Shown here: positions 25,318 to 32,000 of the stretch, one piece after another
How the letters are laid out: every line of letters starts with the position of its first letter
Position numbering within the stretch: the stretch's first letter is position 1
NCBI GenBank assembly: GCA_934613415.1
Contig: CAKTSY010000002.1
Span: 210,001-242,000, forward strand
Source of the DNA: an uncultured Opitutales bacterium
Lineage (GTDB): Bacteria > Verrucomicrobiota > Verrucomicrobiia > Opitutales > Intestinicryptomonadaceae
Direction of reading: 5' to 3'
Length of the DNA: 32,000 nucleotides
Translations under genes and position numbers: made by a program
Notes under the pieces: model-generated
Told to the model about the DNA's origin: nothing
The model's database searches: none
Seen by the model: only the letters and a program-made list of their open reading frames with translations

Positions 25318-27170
25318 TGAAAGTTTTAAGCGATAAGATTGTTGCCGAAAGCAAAAAGGCTTGGGAGGAATTTTCGTCTCCCAAAAAGGCAAGGGTTATG
25401 GTGGGCGCAGCCACCTGCGGAAGAGCGGCGGGCGCGCTCGACATTATTGCCGAGTTTAAAAAGCAGCTGCAAAAGGCGGGCATTGCCGACAAAGTAGAGC
25501 TTGTTGAAACTGGCTGCATAGGCCTTTGCTATGCCGAACCTTTAGTTGAGGTTCGCGCCGAAAATGCAGACCCAATTTTATACGGCAAAGTTGCCGTTGC
25601 CGATGTAGAAAAGCTTGTTTTTGGGCATCTGCAAAAGGGCGAAATTTTAAAGAACAAAGCGTTGGCGGTTATGGGCGAAAATGCCGTAGACGGCATAGTT
25701 CCCTTTAAAGAACACGAAATGATAAAGCTGCAAAAACGCTTTGTGCTTAGAAATACGGGGCTTATAAACCCCGAATCTTTCGAGCACTATGTGGCGCGCG
25801 GAGGCTATCAGGGGCTGCAAAATGCGCTGAACCTAACGCCCGAAGATCTTATCGAGCAAATGAAAAAAAGCGGTTTGCGCGGCCGCGGCGGCGCGGGCTT
25901 TTTAACGGGATTGAAGTGGAGCTTTGCCGCGGCTTCGAAAGCCGACGAAAAATACATAATATGCAATGCCGACGAGGGCGACCCGGGGGCGTTTATGGAC
26001 AGATCCGTTTTAGAGGGCGACCCGCATTCGGTTATAGAAGGCCTTATGATAGGCGCATATGCAATAGGCTCGCATTGCGGCTACATATATGTGCGTTCTG
26101 AATATCCATTGGCAATAGAGCGTTTGCAAATAGCCATAGCCCAAGCCGAAGAGGCGGGCATTTTAAAAAATAAAGACGGCTACTACTTTGAAGTTAGAAT
26201 AAAAAAGGGCGCAGGCGCCTTCGTTTGCGGCGAAGAAACTTCGCTAATGGGTTCTATAGAGGGCGTTAGGGCAATGCCAAGACCAAAGCCGCCTTTCCCC
26301 GCAAACAAGGGGTTGTTCGGCAAGCCCACAAATATAAATAATGTCGAAACTTTGGCTGCGGTATCTTCTATAATGCGCGAGGGTGCCGACTATTATGCCT
26401 CGCTTGGCACCGAAAAAAGCAAGGGTACAAAAACCTTTTCGCTTGCTGGCAAAATTGCCAGAACGGGTTTGATTGAAGTTGAAATGGGCATAAAGCTTGG
26501 CGACATTATCAACAAAATTGGTGGGGGCTGCGCCGACGGCAAAAAGTTTAAGGCGGTTCAAACGGGCGGGCCTTCGGGCGGATGTTTGGTTCCCGAACAT
26601 TTGGATATTTCGGTAGACTACGAAAGCCTGGGTGCTGTCGGCTCTATTATGGGCTCGGGCGGCATGGTTGTAATGAACGAAGACTCCTGCATGGTTGAAG
26701 TTGCAAAGTTCTTCCTTTCGTTTACCGAAAGCGAATCGTGCGGCAAGTGCGTTCCGTGCAGAATGGGCACGCAGCACGCCTTAAGGATTCTCGAAAAAAT
26801 AACGGCGGGCGAGGCGACTATGGAAGATTTGGATACTCTCGAGAAAATCGCCTTTACAATGAAACAGTCGTCGCTATGCGGCTTGGGGCAAACGGCTCCG
26901 AACCCGATTTTAACTACGTTAAGGTATTTTAAAGACGAATATATTGCCCACATTAAAGACAAAAAGTGCCCCGCAAAGGCGTGCAGAAAACTTGTACACT
27001 TTAAGATTAACCCCGAAAAGTGCAAGAGCTGCTCGATGTGTTCTAGGGCGTGTCCCACGGGGGCGGCCCACGGCGAAAAGGGCAAACCCTACAGCATAGA
27101 CGCAACAAAATGTATATCGTGTTCGGCATGTTATCAGGCATGCAAATTCTCGGCGGTGGAAAGGTACTAA
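25317..27170 (+). CDS. nuoF: NuoF/HydB-like NADH-binding FMN/[4Fe-4S] flavoprotein with a C-terminal 2x[4Fe-4S] ferredoxin domain
   Basis: GLRGRGGAGF, ICNADEGDPGAFMDR, SCGKCVPCRMG and SLCGLG, plus the C-terminal CKSCSMCSRACP...CISCSACYQAC. The start overlaps the nuoE stop (TAATG). Confidence 0.9.
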   Translation: MKVLSDKIVAESKKAWEEFSSPKKARVMVGAATCGRAAGALDIIAEFKKQLQKAGIADKVELVETGCIGLCYAEPLVEVRAENADPILYGKVAVADVEKLVFGHLQKGEILKNKALAVMGENAVDGIVPFKEHEMIKLQKRFVLRNTGLINPESFEHYVARGGYQGLQNALNLTPEDLIEQMKKSGLRGRGGAGFLTGLKWSFAAASKADEKYIICNADEGDPGAFMDRSVLEGDPHSVIEGLMIGAYAIGSHCGYIYVRSEYPLAIERLQIAIAQAEEAGILKNKDGYYFEVRIKKGAGAFVCGEETSLMGSIEGVRAMPRPKPPFPANKGLFGKPTNINNVETLAAVSSIMREGADYYASLGTEKSKGTKTFSLAGKIARTGLIEVEMGIKLGDIINKIGGGCADGKKFKAVQTGGPSGGCLVPEHLDISVDYESLGAVGSIMGSGGMVVMNEDSCMVEVAKFFLSFTESESCGKCVPCRMGTQHALRILEKITAGEATMEDLDTLEKIAFTMKQSSLCGLGQTAPNPILTTLRYFKDEYIAHIKDKKCPAKACRKLVHFKINPEKCKSCSMCSRACPTGAAHGEKGKPYSIDATKCISCSACYQACKFSAVERY

Positions 27171-27177
27171 TATTATT

Positions 27178-29559
27178 ATGGCAAAATTTAATTTGACTAT
27201 AGACGGCGTTATTGTTGAAGCCCAAACGGGTATGACCGTTTTGCAGGCCGCCAGAAACGCGGGCTTGTTTATCCCTTCGCTATGCGCGCACGAAGAGCTT
27301 GAGCCCTACGGAGCTTGCAGGCTTTGCGTTGTGGAAATAGAAAAGATGAGGGGAACCCCCACGGCGTGCACAACTCCTGCCGCCGAAGGTATGGTTGTAA
27401 GAACAAATACCGAGCAACTGCAAAAGCAGCGCCAAAGAACGCTGGAGCTTTTGATGAGCGCGCACCCTTCGCCGTGTTTTTCGTGCGATTCGCGTTTGGA
27501 TTGCGAAAGCGTAAAGAAAACCCCCACAAAGGCGGGGGCTTCTACAAGGTGCGGCGCGTGTTCCAACCGTCCGGTTTGCGGGCTAAGGGGCATTGCAATG
27601 GGCTCGTTTACAAGAGAAATGAACTTGCCCGTAAGCTACGATATTTCGAAAATCGACAAGCGCGACCCCTTTATAGACCGCGACTACAACCTTTGCGTAT
27701 TGTGCGGAATTTGCGTTAGAACGTGCGCAAAAATGCACAACGGCAAACCCGCAATTTCAATTTCCAGCCGCGGCAAGTTTGCAAGGGTAACAAGCGCGTT
27801 CGACAACCCGTGGAGCGACGAAGAATGTATGTTCTGCGGAGCGTGCGTAGACGAATGCCCCACGGGCTCGCTTACCGACAGGTGGTCGAAGTGGTACGGA
27901 GCCGCCGAAAGCGAGTGCATTGGCAACTGCGAATTTTGCGGCAAAAAGTGCGAACTTAAATTAAAGATTAAAGAGGGGCGTTTAATAGGCACTTCGGCAA
28001 AGGCGTTAAAGCCCGAAAACGCATTGTGCGTAAACGGCAAATTTGTATACCCGCAAGTTGTAAACGCAAAGCACAGGCTTGGCCTTAGCTCGGTTTTGCG
28101 CGGGCGCGATCTTGTTCCAGCCGAAGAGGCAGAACTTGTTGAATACATTGCCGAAATCCTTAAAAGCTCGCAAAACAAGCTTTTGGTTTTGGCAAGCTCT
28201 ATTGTTTGCGACAATGTAAAATCGCTGCTTAAAGGTTTGGCCGAATTTAAAAACGGGCATGCAGAATTTATAGAATCGGGCTCTAAAGAGTTGCCATGCG
28301 AACTTGCAGAACGCATTAAAAACGGAGAGTTTAAAGATGTATTTTCGGTTGGCGACTATATCCCGGAAAGCTTGGCCGACAACTTCGAAAATATTTTTGT
28401 TGCCGATTTTCTTACTACAAAAATGCAGAAAAAGGCAAAGGCTGTTGTTGCAGCCCGCGTGCTAGACGAACGCAACGGCAAAATAAAGCCCTTCGGCAAA
28501 TCGCTTAATTTCGAGGTTGTGCTAAGCTGCATTTGCTCGGCATTGGGCGTAAAGGGTGCCATTATCGAAAAGAAAGCACCGCCCGCCCACAGCAGGCCCT
28601 ATTCGCATAGCATTTTGCCCAGATATTTCTTCGGGCATAGCCTTGTTGAATTGGTGCCCGACTTGGAGCTTTTGGGCTTCGAAAAAGCCCCCGAAAAAGA
28701 GGAGAATGTAGACAAATTCAACGCCTGCTTGGTGTTGGAAAATATTACGTTGGCTCCCAATTTCCATGCGCTAAAGATAAAGGCTCCCGAAATTGCAAAG
28801 TATGCAAAGGCGGGGCAATTTGCGGTGTTGCTGGCAAACAAGCACAGCGAACGCTCGCCCTTTACAATTATAGACTGGAACGCCCAAGAGGGTTGGATAA
28901 GGTTTATAATAGAGGAAGTTGGCCGCTCTAGCGCGGAATTGGGCGCAAAGAAAGCGGGCGACTATATAGCCCACGTCAGTGGCCCATTGGGAACGCCCAT
29001 AGATCTTAGCGAAGTAAAAAGCACAGATTCTGTTTTGCTTAGCGGCGGCTGCTACGGAATAGGCGCGGTATACCCCATTGCAAGAGAGCTTAAAAAAATT
29101 GGCGCAAAAGTTGCGGTTTCTATAGAGGCTTCAAGCTCGTACCTGCTTTATTTCGAAGACGAATTAAAGTCGGTTTGCGACGAGCTTATTGTTTCTACCC
29201 GAGACGGCACAAAAGGCCTTAAGGGAGGTTGCGCCGATGTTATGAAATCGCGCAAAGACCAGTTTGATATGTTCGTTTCGATTGGCTGCGTGTTTATGAT
29301 GAAACAGGCGTCGAAAGTTGCCGCCGAAATTCAAAAGAAAACACTGTGCGCGCTAAATCCGATTATGGTAGACGGCACGGGTATGTGCGGTGCCTGCCGC
29401 GTAAGCGTTGGCGGCGACGTAAAGTTTGCCTGTGTAGACGGGCCTTTCTTCGACCTAAAGGGCGTAGATTTCGACGAACTGGCAAAGCGCAGAAGCGCAT
29501 ATACTTTGCTTGAAGTAGACGCAATGCCGCGCCATCACAACGGAAAATGCCATCAATAA
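27178..29559 (+). CDS. Fusion protein: a NuoG/HydA-N-terminal-like iron-sulfur module joined to an NfnA/SudB-like (PyrK-type) FAD/[2Fe-2S] subunit
   Basis: N-terminus: 2Fe-2S ferredoxin (SLCAHEELEPYGACRLCVVE), a His/Cys cluster (HPSPCFSCDSRLDC), CVLCGICVRTC and CMFCGACVDECP, and a Fe4S4-like CEFCGKKCELKL..ALCVNGKF. C-terminus from ~28720: NFHALKIKAPEIAKYAKAGQFAVL...GGCYGIGAVYPIAREL...DGTGMCGACRV...FACVDGP. Confidence 0.8.
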   Translation: MAKFNLTIDGVIVEAQTGMTVLQAARNAGLFIPSLCAHEELEPYGACRLCVVEIEKMRGTPTACTTPAAEGMVVRTNTEQLQKQRQRTLELLMSAHPSPCFSCDSRLDCESVKKTPTKAGASTRCGACSNRPVCGLRGIAMGSFTREMNLPVSYDISKIDKRDPFIDRDYNLCVLCGICVRTCAKMHNGKPAISISSRGKFARVTSAFDNPWSDEECMFCGACVDECPTGSLTDRWSKWYGAAESECIGNCEFCGKKCELKLKIKEGRLIGTSAKALKPENALCVNGKFVYPQVVNAKHRLGLSSVLRGRDLVPAEEAELVEYIAEILKSSQNKLLVLASSIVCDNVKSLLKGLAEFKNGHAEFIESGSKELPCELAERIKNGEFKDVFSVGDYIPESLADNFENIFVADFLTTKMQKKAKAVVAARVLDERNGKIKPFGKSLNFEVVLSCICSALGVKGAIIEKKAPPAHSRPYSHSILPRYFFGHSLVELVPDLELLGFEKAPEKEENVDKFNACLVLENITLAPNFHALKIKAPEIAKYAKAGQFAVLLANKHSERSPFTIIDWNAQEGWIRFIIEEVGRSSAELGAKKAGDYIAHVSGPLGTPIDLSEVKSTDSVLLSGGCYGIGAVYPIARELKKIGAKVAVSIEASSSYLLYFEDELKSVCDELIVSTRDGTKGLKGGCADVMKSRKDQFDMFVSIGCVFMMKQASKVAAEIQKKTLCALNPIMVDGTGMCGACRVSVGGDVKFACVDGPFFDLKGVDFDELAKRRSAYTLLEVDAMPRHHNGKCHQ

Positions 29560-29577
29560 CTTTAAACGGAAAAGCAA

Positions 29578-31002
29578 ATGGACAATAACCAAACTCCACA
29601 AAGAAAAATAAAGGCTTCGGGGCTTCCCAGAACGGCTATGCCCGAACAAGATCCCAAGCGCAGAGCCACAAATTTCGAGGAAGTTCCCTACGGGTTTTCG
29701 TTTGAAGATGCCGTAAACGAGGCTACGCGCTGCCTGCAGTGCCCCAAACCAAGGTGTGTTTCGGGGTGTCCGGTAAACATAAATATACCGGCTTTCATAC
29801 ACGAAATTGCGCTTGAAAACCCCAAAGGCGCGGCGGAAAAACTTAAGCTGCAAACGGCGTTGCCGGCAGTATGCGGCAGAGTTTGCCCGCAGGAAAACCA
29901 GTGCGAAGGCCACTGCGTTTTGGGCATAAAGGGCAAGCCCGTTGCAATCGGCTCGCTAGAGCGTTTTGCCGCCGACTATGTGCGCGAAAACAATGTAGAG
30001 GAACTTCCCCAAAAAGCGCCGTCTACGGGCAAGAGGGTTGCGGTTATCGGTTGCGGGCCCGCAGGTATTACGGCGGCGGCAACCCTTGCAATTTCGGGGC
30101 ACGAAGTTGAGGTTTTTGAAGCTTTGCATTTGCCAGGCGGTGTGCTTAGCTACGGCATTCCCCAATTTAGGCTTCCCAAAAGCATTGTAATGTACGAGGT
30201 AGAGCAAATTAAAAAGCTTGGCGTAAAAGTACACCTAGACTATTTAGTAGGCAGAATGAAAACCGTTGAAGAACTTATGAAAGAACTTAAGTTCGACGCC
30301 GTATTTATAGGTTCGGGCGCGGGGTTGCCGCAGTTTATGCACATCGAGGGCGAAAGCAGTGTCGGCGTATTTTCGGCAAACGAATTCCTTACAAGGTTTA
30401 ACCTTATGAAGGCGTATAATTTCCCCGAATTTGGCACAACACCAATAAGGGCAAAGCACATAGTAACCGTAGGCGGCGGCAACGTTGCAATGGATTCGTG
30501 TAGAACGGCTCTTAGAATAGGGGCAAAGTCTACTTTGGTATACAGAAGGGCAAGAGAGCAAATGCCAGCTCGCGCCGAAGAGGTTCACCACGCCGAGCAA
30601 GAAGGCGTAAATTTTAGCCTTTTAACCAATCCCAAAAGGATTATCGCCGACGAACACGGCAGGGTAAAGGCAATAGAGTGCATAAAAATGGAGCTTAGCG
30701 AGCCGGACGCTTCGGGCAGGCAAAAACCGGTAGAAATACCCGGCAGCGAATTCCAGATAGAGTGCGACGCCGTTGTAATTTCTATCGGCAACAAGCCAAA
30801 CCCGCTTATTCCGATGACTTGCAAAAACCTTGCAACAACGCCCAAAGGCACCTTGCAGGTAGATCCGGAAACTTTGCAGACCTCTATGGAGGGCGTATAT
30901 GCGGGAGGCGACGTTGTAAGCGGGGCCGCAACCGTAATTAGCGCAATGGGGCAGGCAAAGAAAGCTTCGGCAAACATAAACGCGTATTTGGCTTCTAAAT
31001 AA
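29578..31002 (+). CDS. NfnB/GltD-like NADPH-dependent oxidoreductase (glutamate synthase small-subunit family)
   Basis: RCLQCPKPRCVSGCPVNINIP...CGRVCPQENQCEGHC, VAVIGCGPAGITAA, VTVGGGNVAMD and VYAGGDVVSGAATVISAMGQAK. Confidence 0.9.
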   Translation: MDNNQTPQRKIKASGLPRTAMPEQDPKRRATNFEEVPYGFSFEDAVNEATRCLQCPKPRCVSGCPVNINIPAFIHEIALENPKGAAEKLKLQTALPAVCGRVCPQENQCEGHCVLGIKGKPVAIGSLERFAADYVRENNVEELPQKAPSTGKRVAVIGCGPAGITAAATLAISGHEVEVFEALHLPGGVLSYGIPQFRLPKSIVMYEVEQIKKLGVKVHLDYLVGRMKTVEELMKELKFDAVFIGSGAGLPQFMHIEGESSVGVFSANEFLTRFNLMKAYNFPEFGTTPIRAKHIVTVGGGNVAMDSCRTALRIGAKSTLVYRRAREQMPARAEEVHHAEQEGVNFSLLTNPKRIIADEHGRVKAIECIKMELSEPDASGRQKPVEIPGSEFQIECDAVVISIGNKPNPLIPMTCKNLATTPKGTLQVDPETLQTSMEGVYAGGDVVSGAATVISAMGQAKKASANINAYLASK

Positions 31003-31776
31003 ATGCGCATACTAATCAGCAACGACGACGGCATTGGTTCGCCGTTTTTAAGAAGCACGGCCGCTGCGCTTTCCGAGTTGGGCGAAGTTAAAATTGTAGT
31101 TCCTTCGAAAGAGCAAAGCTGGATAGGCAGGGCGTTTTCGCGCCATGCCGAACTTAAGCACGAAAAGATAAACGACTTTTACGGCTTCGATTGCCATACA
31201 ATTAGCGGAACGCCCGCCGACTGCGTAAACATTGCAATAAACCATCTATACGAGCCCAACGCCAAGCCCGACTTGGTGTTTTCGGGCATAAATATAGGGC
31301 ATAATATCGCGTTTCCGCTTATACTAAGTTCTGGAACATTTGCCGCGGCAGTTGAGGGCGCGGGGCACTTAATACCGTCGTTTGCGGCGTCTTTCCAGCT
31401 AAGGAGCGAGTTTTACGAAATGTGCAGAATAAGGCACGAAAGCTCGCCCGACTTAGATCGCGAGTTGGGCGTAGTTTGCGAAAATTGCGCCGAGTTTGTC
31501 GGTTCTGTAATGCAGCGCAAAGACGAAATTAAAAAGGGCGACGTTTTCAATATAAACTATCCGTCAGAATACGACGGCTCGCCGGTTTGTATGTGCAAAA
31601 CTGCAAATATAAAGATGGAAAGTTTTTACAAAAAAAATGAAAGCGGCAACTTTGTGTTTAAGTATAAACTTGGCATGAAGCAAAAAAGCGCAAATTTCGA
31701 GCCTACCGATATAGATATGCTTTCGAATTCAAAAGCGTGCTGTTCTAGAATAAATATATTCGAATTTGCAAAATAG
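31003..31776 (+). CDS. surE: SurE-type 5'/3'-nucleotidase
   Basis: MRILISNDDGIGSPFL...VVPSKEQSWIGRAFS...GTPADCV...SGINIGHN. The ATG directly follows the upstream TAA. Confidence 0.85.
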   Translation: MRILISNDDGIGSPFLRSTAAALSELGEVKIVVPSKEQSWIGRAFSRHAELKHEKINDFYGFDCHTISGTPADCVNIAINHLYEPNAKPDLVFSGINIGHNIAFPLILSSGTFAAAVEGAGHLIPSFAASFQLRSEFYEMCRIRHESSPDLDRELGVVCENCAEFVGSVMQRKDEIKKGDVFNINYPSEYDGSPVCMCKTANIKMESFYKKNESGNFVFKYKLGMKQKSANFEPTDIDMLSNSKACCSRINIFEFAK

Positions 31777-31783
31777 TTTTTTT

Positions 31784-32000
31784 GTGAAGGCTTTAATAAA
31801 GGGCTTTTTGGATTTGTTGTTTGCCCGCAGGTGTTTGGCGTGCGGCAAGGTAAACCCGAAAGGCCCTTTTTTGTATCTGTGCAAAGACTGCGCCGAAACG
31901 CTAGATTTAAATTTAAACGCAAGGTGCCTGCGCTGTTGCGAGCCTTTAATAGGTTCAGCCAAAGACAGTACCGACACTTGCGTAAAATGTTTCGGCACAA
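31784..32000 (+). CDS. ComF-family (phosphoribosyltransferase-like) protein, N-terminal zinc-ribbon part; runs off the window
   Basis: Not in the ORF track because it is edge-truncated. Manual translation from GTG 31784: VKALIKGFLDLLFARRCLACGKVNPKGPFLYLCKDCAETLDLNLNARCLRCCEPLIGSAKDSTDTCVKCFGT. The LLFP-x-x-C-x-x-C ... C-x-x-C pattern is typical of ComFC. The start is uncertain; an alternative TTG is at 31766. Confidence 0.5.
   Translation, partial: MKALIKGFLDLLFARRCLACGKVNPKGPFLYLCKDCAETLDLNLNARCLRCCEPLIGSAKDSTDTCVKCFGT

Noticed and set aside
26244-28316. Long minus-strand ORFs: 26244..26777, 26618..27085 and 27684..28316.
   Set aside because: They are antisense to the NuoF-like and NuoG/NfnA-like genes, which carry unmistakable Fe-S and flavin motifs. 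They are shadow ORFs.
30585-32000. Minus-strand ORFs 30585..31058, 31626..32000 and 31729..31998.
   Set aside because: They are antisense to nfnB, surE and the comF-like start. Their compositions are low-complexity.

Overview
The window is bacterial chromosome. Spot counts of single 60-nt lines give about 50% G+C in most genes. It carries a roughly 17 kb integrated island. At the left edge is an edge-truncated type I hsdM on the minus strand, which is missing from the ORF track. A tRNA-Arg(CCU) gene is split inside its anticodon loop: the 5' half is at 1444-1481 and the 3' half at 18541-18581, and both junctions carry TTCCTAA. Between the halves lie four blocks. (i) A very AT-rich block (spot counts 23-28% G+C) holds a 160-aa hypothetical gene, a PIF1/RecD-like helicase with an N-terminal transmembrane helix and coiled coil, and a divergently transcribed 466-aa protein. 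That protein has a TIR/DUF4062-like N-terminus and an unrecognisable remainder. (ii) A complete type I R-M operon, hsdM-hsdS-hsdR. (iii) Decayed ORFs plus a complete tRNA-Arg(CCU) in the opposite orientation, bracketed by inverted CCTATTT heptamer arrays. (iv) An integration/replication module: DUF3987-like protein, RecA-like AAA ATPase, excisionase-type HTH, AbiEi/DUF6088-like protein and tyrosine integrase. Right of attR is ordinary chromosome: a W-x2-LL repeat protein, an ankyrin protein, an acetyl-xylan-esterase-like hydrolase, a SulP transporter, tRNA-Gly(GCC), a PstS-like binding protein, a nuoE-nuoF-(nuoG-N::nfnA fusion)-nfnB redox operon, surE and a partial comF-like gene. The best candidate for something undescribed is the AT-rich helicase plus TIR-like cassette next to the R-M system. 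The unusual tRNA architecture of the island is the second candidate. All domain calls come from motif recognition by eye; no searches were run.
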